Below are positions 47,090-58,800 of a stretch of 64,000 nt of DNA, in pieces; position 1 is the stretch's first letter, and the number at the start of each line of letters is the position of its first letter. A program made the position numbers and the translations under genes. The notes below the pieces were generated by a model that saw nothing but the letters and a program-made list of their open reading frames with translations, did no database searches and had not been told where the DNA came from. Origin of the DNA: Cyanophora paradoxa CCMP329 (taxonomy: Eukaryota; Plantae; Glaucophyta); assembly GCA_004431415.1 (NCBI GenBank), contig QPMI01000533.1, forward strand, positions 372,001 to 436,000, given 5' to 3'.

Positions 47090-48935
47090 TTAATTGGCAG
47101 TACTAGTTTTACTTAATTATGGGCGGTCAATGGCAGTTCAACGGTTATTAACTGCCGTATCGATATATATCTTCCAAAGTTTGTTTTTGGTGAATTGCCG
47201 GCCACAGCCTCGAGCTCGAGCTAGTCTACTCCAGCACTGTGCACGTGGGGGCATGTACGTACAACAGGACAAGGTACAACATGTACTGTGCACGTGGGGG
47301 CATGATCGATCGACATTATGGAACGGGCCGGATTCGATGGCGAGATTCTCATCGATATCGCAGGCCTAGGCCTGGCCTAGCTAGCTAGCTATAGGGCGCG
47401 CGCCCGGCGTCGAACTCGGGAGGCATGATCATGAAACAGCTGATCATGAGCTGCAGAAAGCATGCATATGTATACGTATGATACTATGATAATTATAACC
47501 ACACCGCTATCTTCCAAAGTTCGCGTACTACGGTATACTGAGTACTTCTTGAATTAACTGCGCATATGCATGCCGTATCGATATCTTCCAAAGTTCGCGT
47601 GTACTGAGTATATATATATATATCCGCATGCGCGCGCACATGCGCATGCGCGCGCAATTGCAAGCTTCGGTTTTTCGTCATCCTGTTAAGCCTCAAGTCC
47701 CTTATAATTATTGTCTAGGGGTGACACGGACTGAAGCCCAACAGAGTTTTATCTGACCTGCAGTGACCACACGCCCGATCCCGTGCCGGCTCTTAGGCAA
47801 GTAGTGTTTCACGTAGACCGCAGGTATAGTCCGTATATTTGATCCGACAGAGTTTCACCCTACGTAAGCAGACTCTCAGAATGTATGGCAGTCCTACTTT
47901 TTATACAGGGCCCTACACACAGCTAGCGTCCAAATGAAGCTTATGAGCCTCCTTGGAGGCCTATCATAAGCCGCCGTACGAACTATATACGACATATATG
48001 AAGAATGACGTCGGCGACGTCGGAGGGGGAATTAGGGAGGGGGGAAGAAGGGGAACCGAGGCCCGCCGCTCCTGGGCCGTCGGTTTATCGCCCAGAGGGC
48101 CCGCCAGGGGAGGCTTAGCTATAGTGGGGTATAGCTATATGTATATGCTGGGGCCGGCCGGCGCCCTCCCTCCGGATCAATGTCCAGCTCCAGAGTCGAA
48201 CCCGCCTCTCGATCTCGCGGCGCAGTTTTTGCCCGCGACAATCCGGATCCACCGGTACGTACAGTAACGTACTACGGTATACGTATATATACCATTGTCA
48301 TGAGGTCTCCTAGGCCTTGCGTACCCCCCCGTTGCAGGGTAATGTGAATTGGCAGTTTTACTTATAATTATGCCATGATGGGCGGTTAATAGCAGCTATT
48401 AACTGCCGTATCTTCCGAAGTTCCAAAGTTCGAATTCGCGTATCCGCATTGATTCCGCAAGCTTCGGTTTAATTTTTCGTCATCTAGGCCTTGCGTACCC
48501 CCCCGCTGTGATTGTCATCAAGATCCGGATTCCGGACTCCGGACCTCCGGTCCCGGGTCCCCGGAGTCCGGAGTCCGGACTCCGGAGTCCGGAGTAATGC
48601 TGGCCCAGGGCACTGGCCGGCGGCCAAGCCGGCTAGCTAGCCGACCAATTTGGGCGGGGGGCTTGCCTTCCAAGTCATCAAGCCCCGGGCTGGCTATCGA
48701 GCCAGCGAACGAAGATTTGAAGAAGTTAGCGCGAGCTGCGGTGTGGTTATCATACACGCTGTCTGATTCATGCCTCCCGTGTTCGAATCGCCCTGCGATG
48801 AGAATCACGCCTTCGAATCCCGCCCGTTCCAGAATATCATACGATCATGCCCTACCTTGCCTGTACACGCCCCCACAGTGCTGGAGTAGACTATAGCTAG
48901 AGGCTGTGGCCGGTAATTCACCAAAAAACAAAAAC
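47090..48935. repeat. Dispersed degenerate repeat family (direct and inverted pieces)
   Basis: aattggcag..ttttac..gggcggt..ttaactgccgtatc..ttccaaagtt at 47092 and 48348; gcaagcttcggttt..tcgtcatc at 47660 and 48457; 47180-47241 is inverted at 48875-48935; ctaggccttgcgtacccccccc at 48310 and 48485. Confidence 0.75.
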
Positions 48936-49184
48936 AAATAGCGCGAGCTGCACCATGCAAGCTTTAAGCCAGACCAAGCCGCGCTGGCCATAAATATTGG
49001 TACAATGGTACCACAGTAACTGGCAAGCCGCTGCCAAGCCAGCCGAGATTTTGGAGCCGCCTAGCCGCTAGGGCCAGCCCCGGGGCAAGGACTTGAGGTT
49101 TTGCAATTGGGCCAGCCCCGCCGGGCTGGTCACCGGGTGCAAGCTTCGAATTCTTGCCCCGCCGGCCAGTCACTGAGTGCCCTA
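48606..49184. mobile_element. hAT-like non-autonomous element related to 27292-27619; degenerate, contains a nested repeat
   Basis: Left end CAGGGCACTGGCCGGCGG; right end CCGCCGGCCAGT[cactgagt]GCCCTA; no matching TSD. Confidence 0.6.
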
Positions 49185-49273
49185 CGCGGGTAACCGTTGA
49201 ACGCGGCTAGTCCGACGGTCGCCGGCTAGGCCTCGGAGTCTCAGCCTGGCAGAGTCTAGATCTACTACTAGTA

Positions 49274-49488
49274 CTGTAGGAGTAGTTTTTTAGCGTGGTA
49301 AATAATTGCCGTAAATTGTCGAGAGGCCGAATTCGGCAATTTAGCAACATGGCAATCGCTTGGGGGGTAGGTGGTTGCTAAGCCCGCCATAGAGCAGAAA
49401 TCTGGATTCGGCAATTTATTGCCACGGCAATTCCGGTTTCGGACCAATTCGGCAATTTTACTACGCGGCAATTTTACTACGCCTACAG
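49274..49488. mobile_element. TA-TSD MITE, family copy 1
   Basis: TA|CTGTAGGAGTAGT ... ACTACGCCTACAG|TA; internal CGGCAATT repeats; colinear with 49765-49996. Confidence 0.8.
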
Positions 49489-49764
49489 TAGACACTAGTA
49501 GTGTATACCTACTACGGTAGTTGTCTATAGACTCTAGATCGATGTTGATCGCGAGACTCTGAGACTCGGGCTTAGAATTCACTAGTACTGTTAACGCAGC
49601 AACCCCCCCTTTCCCCCTCCCCCACCGCACGCGTACGTATACGTGCACGTTGAATAGATCGACGTCGACGTCGACCGGCGAATTCGAAGACGAGTCGCGC
49701 GCCAGGGGTACGTGTACTACGTGAACGGGGCACATGCAGTTTTTTTGTTGAGTCCGCTCGATTA

Positions 49765-49996
49765 CTGTAGGAAATTACTAGGAATGCTTATTTAGCCGAT
49801 GTTTTATATTGCCGTAAATTGCCGAGAGGCCGAATTCGGCAATTTAGCATCACGGCAATTGCTTGGAGGGTAGGTATTTTTCTAGCCCGCCATAGATCAG
49901 ACTCTGGATTCGGCAATTAATCGCCACGGCAATTCCAGTTTTGGTCGAATTCGGCAATTTAACTACGCGGCAATTTAAGCATTCCTACACTGACAG
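49765..49996. mobile_element. TA-TSD MITE, family copy 2
   Basis: TA|CTGTAGGAA ... TTCCTACA[ctgaca]G|TA; shares attgccgtaaattg.cgagaggccgaattcggcaatttagca with copy 1. Confidence 0.78.
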
Positions 49997-51395
49997 TAAT
50001 AGATCGATCAATGTCGAGCTTCAGACTCGGATGGAAAAAGCCCACAGGGCCGGCGCCGGGGCCCGGGGGGCACGCTCCCACTGCCTCTCAGCGTGCCGGG
50101 TTTTCAAAGTTTGTATCATAGTATGGGACTGAGAGAACTGAGGGACTGAGGGACAGTTTGTATATATGGTTTTCAAAGTTTGGTGACTCAGTCGGGTCAT
50201 GATCAGTCAGACCCGGGACCCTCCTCTGACTTTTACTGCAGCTGACCGTCGACGTCGGACAGTGACTGAACCCAGCCCTAGTCCGGACTCCGGACTCGAG
50301 ACTCCGGAATCCGGACTGACTCAGTGAGTCCGGACTCCGGACTCCGGAGTACTAGTAGGGCTGTCGACGAGCCTGTCGTCAGTCATGATCAGTCCCGCGC
50401 GCGGCCGCGCGGCCCGCGCCGGCCGGCGCGGCGGGGCCGCCGGCGCCGGGCCGGCGGGCTGACCCACTGGGCCAGTCGGTCAGCTGCAGGCTGCAGCGGC
50501 CCCGGCGGCCGTCAGCCCCCCTGACTGTGACTGAGTCAGTCAATCTAAGGTTCAGTCAGGCTACCGTACGTGCAAAAGCTGTGAAAAATGACCCGGAAAT
50601 GACCCAAGTGCGATCTGTCTACTTCATTTAAGTAGCGAAGCATGGCGCTGCATGGGGCAGGAGCAGTAAGGGGTGACGGGCGCCGGCGCCGTCCGCTGCG
50701 TCGCCTTCGAATTCCTGAGCTCCGTTTTCGCCTTCACACTGTGACAAACTTTGACATAAAGTTTTCCGAAGTAGAATCGAATTTTTTGATTAGTCCTCAA
50801 AGATAGGGGCCGGACGCGTGCGCCATCCGCTGCATCGACTCGGCGATGTCGCCCTTCCGAGTTTCGATTTCGCCGTTTCGATTTTACTTACGAATAGCAA
50901 TGTTTGCGTAGCCGACTCAAAGTCGTGTTAGGATTGTAGTTTCCGCGATACTAGTAGTCGATGTTCAGATGCAGCCTGGCAGCGCCCGTCCATGGCCATT
51001 CCGAGTTCGTCTTCAGACATAATTAAATAAATGCATTGACTGTCGGGACGATTCGAAGTGAGTAGCGTGCAAGCATCGAGGCATTGAGAATCGCATCGGA
51101 TCCGGAAACTTTGAAAGCATTCCAATTGCGCATGCAATTGGCAAAACTAAATGTAGTCGCCATACAGAAATCTGTACCAGCTCCCGCAGTTCAGAACCAA
51201 AGTAAAGCCCCACCCTATAGCTAGGCCTTCAGTGCATGCATATGCAGTTTAACGGTTGCTCGATGTTCATGCCAGTCGACGTCAAGGCTTCCTTCCCCTT
51301 CGCTGAAGCTGAAGCTCTGAAGCTCTGCTACTGATCATGATCATGATCATCTGAAATACACTGCTTCCTAGCCCAATCATCTGCAGCGCAGGGCC

Positions 51396-54300
51396 TCACG
51401 AGGCGGAGGCGAGGCCCTCCATTTGGTCCACGAGGGACCGCTGCTTCTTGTACGCCCGCGCCTGCTCCGCCAGCTCCCGCCACAGCTGCCGCTGTCCTTC
51501 CGCGTCTGCGAGCCCGAGCGGTGTCGGTCGCGGGGTACGGCGGCCCGCGGGGGGTACGGCGCACCGGGGACGGATCGGACGAGGTCCGCGAGCGCTTCGA
51601 AGTCTGCGGGGTACGTCAGAGCGGCGCGGAGCGTTTGGCGAGCGCGCCGGCGCCCCGCCCGCACCGGTGCGGGGGCGGCGGAGGAGGCCGATGGCGGAGA
51701 GCTTCGTGGGGAGGGGTACGGGCACGATCCGCTGGGGGCGGGCGGACATGGCCGCGGGGTGCGGGGAGGATGGCTCGTAAGGGGGGCCGGGGGAGCGCTT
51801 GGGGGCGAAGGCGGTGGAGGGCGGGCGGCGCGCGGCGGAGAAGGGGAGGGGCGAGGTGCGGCTGGGCTCAGAGGGGCCGGGGGCGGCTGCAGCTGCAGGG
51901 GACGGGGAAGGGTTGCGGGGGGATGGCTGGCTGGGCCGGGCCCGCGGGGGCGGCGGAGCGGCGGCCGCGGGCGGAGGGGTACCGGTGCCGTTTGCGAGCG
52001 TCTCGGGGCCGGCGGGGGCGAAGGGGCCGAGACGGAAAGGAGCGGGGAAGCAAAGGCGGCACCGGCGGAGGAGCGGCGGGGGTACGGCGGGCTCCGGTGC
52101 GGGGGCCGGAGGGGCGGGGAGGCAGGGGCTGCTCCGGCGGGGCGGCCGCGGGGGACGATGGGGCGGGGCCGGGGCCCGGGGTGCGAGGGGCGCCGGACGC
52201 GCCAGGGGAAGGGGCGGGCGAGCCGGGGCGGGATCCCGGGCGCGGGGGCGCGGGTGAGCGGGGCCGTCCGGGCCTCCTCCCGCGGTTCGTCGGGCCCTGC
52301 ACCGCAGAGTCAAACGGATGAGAAAGAGAGGGCGCCAGGTGGATTCGAGCCCGGACCTGGTTGGCCTCGTCCTCCTCGTCGCCCCCAGGGGCGGCGGGGG
52401 CGCTCTGCGGGGCGGCGGCGGCGCGGGCGGCGGCGCGCGCCGGCGACCGGAACGGGTTGCCGAAGTTGGGCCGAAGTCGCCCCCGGTCCTCGGGGTCCTC
52501 TGGGGGTACGGGATCAAGAGAAGGGGGGAAGACAGCGGGAACGGGGCGCCGCACCCGAGAAGGGGTCCCGGGGTACCTCGGTCTTCGCCAGCTTCTCGTG
52601 GTAGTTCCTGCACGCGCGCTGGACGTCGGCGGCCGAGCCTCTCAAGAAAAGAGAGCGAGGATGGAATGAGCGTACCCCATCGCGGCGACCGAGACGCTGT
52701 GCCGCTCGGCAGCCTCTTCCACCCCGCCCGCGGGGCTCAGCATCCGTCCGTTCACGGGCACCGCCGGCGCGGCCGGCGGCCCCGGGACGAGCCGCCTCAG
52801 GTGAAGGGCGCGGAGGGGTAGGCCCTGCAACCCCAGCTCCTCTCCCCCTCGGAAGGGCTCCGGCGCGGCCTTCGCCGCCTCCGTTTGAGCATTCTCCTTC
52901 CACTCCTCGGGTACTGCGATCGCGGAGACGTCAGCGGGGCCCGGCGTACGCATGTGCACCTGCGGGGTGGGGGGGCCGCGCACGGGACGAGGGGGGCGGG
53001 GCGTCGTCGCCTGGGCTGCTCCAGTGCGCAAGGATTGCGAGCGCCTCGGCCCTCTGCAGTTCCTCGGGCGAGCTGCGGAGATGAAGAAACGGGTAATTCA
53101 GGGGCGAAGGCAAAATGCGGGACGACAGAGCGTACCGGGAGGTCGGGGGTGGCCTGACGGTGGCGGGGGCGGGCGGGGGCGTCGTGGCGGGCCGGACGGG
53201 GGCGGGGGAGGGAGCGCCGGTGGGGCCCTGCGCGGGGGGCTCCGGGGTACAGTCAGCGACGACTGATTCAAAGGGGCTGCCGATTTCTTCGTGCGCACCG
53301 GCGGGGCGGAGGGCGGCTGCTGGACGGTCTGCGAGACGCACTTAGGGAAGGGAGCGCTTCAGGTCAGATCAGATCAGATCAGATCTGACCTGCTGTTGGG
53401 CGACGGCGGCGGCCTCCGCCTCCGCCTTGGCCTGCTGCTTGAGGCGGCGCAGGTACCCCGCCACAGCGTTGCTCAGCGATACTTCCTGGCCCTGGCGGGG
53501 GGGGGGAGGGGGGGTATGAGGAGGGTGAGAAGGGAGGCAATGGGGTAGGGGGTAGGTGAGGGGTGGGAGAGACCTGGAGGGTGTCCGGGAAGACGGCGGG
53601 GGAAAGTCCCCAGCGCTTCAGCGTCGTCCGGAGGGGTACGAGGTAGTAGGGGGGTACGCTCTGCGACCGGGTCGGTTGGGGAAGGGAAACAGGGAGGATG
53701 AAGGAGGGTACCGCGAGGTACTTCTCGAATTCGGAGCGCCAGCGCCCCGGAGGGCCCCCCGACGACTTCGACGCCGTCCACTGCACCCGGGTTAGGGGGG
53801 AAGGGGGAGGAAACCGCGGGGGGTACGCGCGCGCCTCGTCGAGGAGAACGAAGAGGCGGGGGAAGTTGTAGGGGAGGAGGACGAGGAGGGCGCCCTGTCC
53901 CCCAGGGGTAGGCCGAATGTACCTAAAAATAGGTCAGGGAGCGTGCGGGGCGAGGGGCGGGCCGGGGCGGGGGATGCTGGTACCCCACTGGATCGCCGAG
54001 GGCGCCGGGGGTCGGGTCGCGGCTGCTGCCCCGAACGTACGCCTGCGCCGAAAGAGGTCAACGAGGCGCCAGCCGCGCATTATTTGGAGGGGCGTGCGCG
54101 CCAGGATCGGGGCGCGTGCCGAGGCCTGCGCGAGGTGGCCAGAGAGCGGTGAAGACTCCAGCTCGTACCTGTACCCCCGGTCAATCCTCGAGGGAGGAGA
54201 GAGGGGGCGAGGGGCAAGCCGCGCCGGGCCGCACCGGTCGGAGGGAAAGGTATCCGCGAGGCTGCTGAGGGTCCCCTCGCCTATCCGCAGGACCACAGTC

Positions 54301-55626
54301 GGGTGCGCCCGCCGCGGCGGCTGCGGAGGCGTCAGCGCCGAGCGAGCGCTCAGGATTCGAATCGAGGGGGTACCAGCTCGCGGGCGGCGAGGTCGGGCCA
54401 GAAGGACTCGGGTAGGGGCCACGTGCCGTGCGCGGCGCGCACGATGATCAGCCGGTGCGGGTGCTGCGGGGGGTACCATCAAAGATGGAGAGGAGCAGGG
54501 GGGGTACGCGAGCGGGCGGACCTGCCCCGCCCACCAGGTGCCCTCCGAAGCGGTGGGGCTCGCGAGTAGCTCGAAGTTCAGGCAGACGCCGGGGGGCGCT
54601 CTGGTCGGGGGTACGGCGTCAGCGGCGCCGAAGAGTCAACGAAGCGGGGGGGGGGATACCGGACGGGATCGGCCTCGATCCACTGCAGGAGGTGCTTCAT
54701 GGAGGGGGCCACGATGAAGCGACCTGCGGGGGGCGGCGTCGGCGTCGGCGTGGGCGCGCGGGGCGGGCGCGCAGTCGGGGCGCGTACCCCCCGTCTCCTG
54801 GCACATGGCGTACAGCGGCATGGGTACCGCATCGGCGCTCCGCTCGCGCTCGGCGAGCTGCGGGGTACGTGAGCCCCGACGCGGAAAGGCGGAGTGCGCG
54901 GCGGGGGAATACCGGATTCGCGTTGTTGAAGGCGGGGAACCGCAGCGCGGCGGCGAAGACCCGCTGGTCCCAGCGGAACGGCTCGACCGTGAGCTCAGTA
55001 CCAAGCGAATGGGGCGTGGGCAGGACGAGCTGCGGACGGGTATGGGTCAGTGTGGGGGCGGTGGGGCGGGGGCGGGCGGGGGTAGCGGACCTCCTCCTCG
55101 ATGCCGCGGCGGGAAGTGAACTCGGAGCCGTCCGTTAGGACGAGGACGATGGATGGCTCGATGAACCAGGGGTTGCGGCCCTGCCCGTAGTTGTCGATGG
55201 ATGACTGGAGCCGGAACTGGTTGAGCAGGTCCAGCGCCCGCTTGAGCGCCGAGCCGAGGCCCGTCAGGTCGCGCGCCCGAATGTTTTTGAGCTCCTGCGT
55301 GAAGCGCGAGGGCGGGTCCTTCCACCCGATCTGCGGGGCGATGAGCGGGCGCTAGGCGGCGGCGGGCGGCTGCGGGCGCGCTTTTACGGCGCAAGGTCCG
55401 TCCTCGCACGTGACGAGGAGGTAGCGGTCGCCGCGGCAGTTCGGGTCGCGGCTCCTGACCTTCAGGAAGTGCTCCACCGCGCTCTTCGCGCAGTCCAGGA
55501 GCGACATCCCGTTCGCCGCCCGCTGGTTCATCGACGCCGACGAGTCGATGAGGAAGCAGATGATCCTGCAGCGCCGCGCGGTGAGCGAGCGCGCGAGTCA
55601 AGCTCCCGGGACGGCGGCGCTTACAT
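51396..55626 (-). CDS. INTS6: Integrator complex subunit 6 (vWA domain), multi-exon
   Basis: MIICFLIDSSASMNQRAANGMSLLDCAKSAVEHFLK..RGDRYLLVT..GWKD..FTQELKNIRARDLTGLGSALKRALDLLNQFRLQSSIDNYGQGRNPWFIEP..TDGS; EPFRWDQRVF; C-terminal ELAEQARAYKKQRSLVDQME, stop at 51396. Confidence 0.93.
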
Positions 55627-55876
55627 CTTGGTTTCTCCCCGACACCCACGACAACAGTAAGCGATCACGGGCCCGGCATTCGCGGCAAGGCAAGCTTTGA
55701 GCGGGTACAAGCAAAACTAAACAGGGGGCGAGCTTTGTGCGGGTACCGGTAACCCGGAGCCTTTCCTGGCCTGCCACGCAGACGGCCTCAGCGCCCTCAC
55801 CAATCACCACACGACCTGCCCATCGGATCCAAGAGCGAAGCAGCCGACCTGGCGCGGCGCGCGCTAGCAGCGGGCG
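55627..55876. promoter_or_regulatory. Putative bidirectional promoter between INTS6 and the cNMP-binding gene
   Basis: 250 bp between opposed starts; a CCAAT at ~55800. Confidence 0.45.
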
Positions 55877-58800
55877 ATGCTGGCGGAGGATGAGCCGCCC
55901 GAGCCGCCTCCTGCGGATGCAGGAGATGCGGTTGAGCCCGAGCGCCCAGAGCTGCAGGGCGAGGCAGACGCCGGGGAGCTGCAGGACGACGAGCTTGCGT
56001 CGCAAGCTCCGCAGCCGCCTGAGCCGCCCCAGGAGCCGCCGCAGCAAACCAGTGAGCACGGAGATGTCCCTGTATTAGAGCCAGAGGCGCCGCAGTCGGC
56101 CTTGGAGGGCGACAGGCCGGCCTCCGAAGAAGCTGCGCATGCGGAGCCGGAGGCGCCGCAGCCGGCGGGGCCGGCCTCACCAGTAGCTGCAGAGGCTGCC
56201 GAGCGCTCGCCGAACGCGCCCCGCCTGCCGCCCGTCCCCGAGAACCCAGAGCCGAGCAAGCCAGAGGACTCGAACTCGCGCCGGCTGCGCGACCCGTTCC
56301 GGTCGATCTCATTCGCGAAGAGCATCATCGCGCCGGCCCTCAAACGCGCCCTGTGCGCCCCGGTCCAGCGAGCGCCGCCGCTCCCGACGGGCCGCTGACG
56401 CGACGCGGCGCGCTCGCAGGGAGGCCGGCTCGCGCATCAGCGAGGAGGACGCGCTGCGGCTCTCGGAGTGGATGAAGGCGCGGCGCATCCTCGACGCGAT
56501 GGACGCCGACGCGCGCCTGCACCTCTGCCGCCGCGTCTGCCTCGAGGCCTTCGAGGCCGGCGACGTCGGTCCGCCCCAGATCGAATCCGCGCGCGCCCCC
56601 TCGGATCGAATCTCGCGCCCCGGCGCAGTGTTCAGGCAGGGGGACCCGCCGGACAAGTTCTACATCATCCAGTCCGGCTCCGTCGCCATCACGGTCCAGA
56701 AGGCGCGCCCTCTCCTTAAGCTAATCTTTGGCTAATCTAAGCTAAGCTTAAGCTTTAAAGCTAATCTTAAAGCTTAATCTTAAGCTTAGCTTAATTTTAA
56801 TCTTAAGCTTAGCTTTGGCTAAGCTAAGCCTTAGCTTTAGCTAATCTGTCCTTAGCTTTAGCCACAGCCCCCACGGGACTATTAAGCTTACCTTTGGCTA
56901 AGCTAAGCCCTGTCCTTCATCTTAAGCTAAGCTTAAGCTAAGCTGCACCCTAAGCTTAAGCTGTCCTTAGCTTTGGCTAGTTCCGAAGAGAATATATTCA
57001 GCTCGCCGCGCCTCGTCATCGGCTCTAGCGCCGGCTTCCGTCCCTCGCTCACCCTCGGCCGGCGCCGCAGATGGACCGATCGGCCGAGGGGCACGGGACG
57101 CCTCACAAGGTGCGCGCGCGCATGCCCGCCCCACGCCCCTCGCCCCTCGCCCCGCGCGTCGCCCGACGCCTGGGGCAGCGCCGGGATCCGAGCGCGCCCC
57201 CCGCGGCCGATGGCGGCGGCGCGGGTCCCGACGGCGGCGTTGACGACGCGCCGGGGAGCGTGCAGGCGAGCCGCCGGTCGAGCGTGGCGGGAGGAGGAGG
57301 GACGACCGCGGCCCTCCCGCCGCGGCAGCGTTGCGCACGCCGGCGCCGCCGCCGCGCGGCCGCACACGGCCGACCCGCACGGCTCGGACTCGGCCCCCAC
57401 GAGGCGTCGGGCCGCCCGCACACCGCCGAGCCTCACGGCGGCGGCGCCCACGGCGGGGGCACAGCGGTCACGGGCAAGGGCACAGCGGGCACGGGGGCAC
57501 GGCCACTCCGCCCCGGCCGCCCGCCGCCCCAGCCTCGCGCCCGACGCCCCCGCCCTCGAGCACCGCCGTCCCGAGCCGCCCGCCTCCTCCGCCCCCGCCC
57601 CCTCCGCCCCCTCTGTTCCCTCCGCCCCAGGCCAGTCCCAGTCCACTCCTCCTGCCGGCCCCACGGCTTCGGCCTCGGCCGCCGCCGGGGCGCAGCCGGC
57701 GGGGACGGGTACGCGCATCGCCGTGCGCATCGCGGGGGAGAGCTTTGGCGAGCTCGCCCTCATGTCCTCCAAGCCGCGGTACTCTTTTGATCTCTCAGAT
57801 CTCTGATTAGATCTTGACCTCCGCTCCCTTTAGATCTCTAATTAGATCTTGACGCCCGCCCCCCCCACTCTAATTAGATCTCTAATTAGATCTCTTTCTT
57901 ACCCCTTTGGGCAGCTCGGCGACGGTGACGGCGCAGGAGCGCACCGTCCTCATCGCTGTCGCCCGCGCGGACTACAACGCCGTCGTCAAGGCACGTACCC
58001 CCCCTTCTTTTCCATGCGCCGCCGCCCCTTCTCTTGCCCCTTTCGACTCGCCCGCGCCGCGCAGGCGGCGCAGGAGCGGGAGCAGGAGGAGCGCGCCCGC
58101 TTCCTCCGCCAGTTCCCAATGTTCAGGCGCGCCCGCGCCCCGCCCCCGCCCCCGCCCCGCCCCGTAGGATAGAGGCGAGGGTTCTAGGTCCCAGGCGGAG
58201 GCCTCGCCCCGCCCCGCCCGCCCCGCCCCACCGCCCCTCCCGCCTCTGCCCCGCTCACCGGGGCGCGCACGCAGGCGGTGGCCCGAGGTCGCGCTCCGGC
58301 AGGTGGCGATCTTCCTTCGCCTCTGCACCTTCGAGCGCGGCCAGAGTGCGCCCCGCCCGCCCCGCCCCGTCCCGTCCCGCCCGACGCGGGCGGCCGGCGG
58401 CAGCGGTGGTGCGGCTGGCGGAGCGCGCGGAGGGGGTACACTTCATTCGCGAGGGCGAGTGCAGGGTACCCCCCCTTCCTCCCCCCCTCCCCTCCGACCC
58501 AGCTCCGAGCGCCTCCGACCGGCCGCCCGCGCCGCCCCGCGCCGCGCAGGTGCTGATGCCAGCCGAGTCGCCGCAGTCGCCCCGGGGCGGCCCGCAGCCG
58601 CCGGGGGCCCGGCGCCATCGCCGGGCCGGGCGGGGCGGGCGAGGGGCCCGGGGAGGCGGCGCTGGTGCCGGCCGGCGGCTTCGTGCTGCAGAGCCCCCTC
58701 CGCCCCGCCGCCAGCCAGCAGCGCAGGCTCCACGAGGCCTTCCCCCCCCCCCCCCCCCCTCTCCAGCTTTCCACTTGACTCTGACTCCCCCCCCCCAGGT

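Noticed and set aside
47716-47862. Another hAT MITE (TAGGGGTGAC ... TTTCACCCTA)
   Set aside because: The TIR match is short and gapped, and the 8-bp flanks (TTATTGTC vs CGTAAGCA) differ.
50570-51220. Transposon or transposase remnant ending in CCCCACCCTA
   Set aside because: Only one TIR-like end; no recognisable coding motif.
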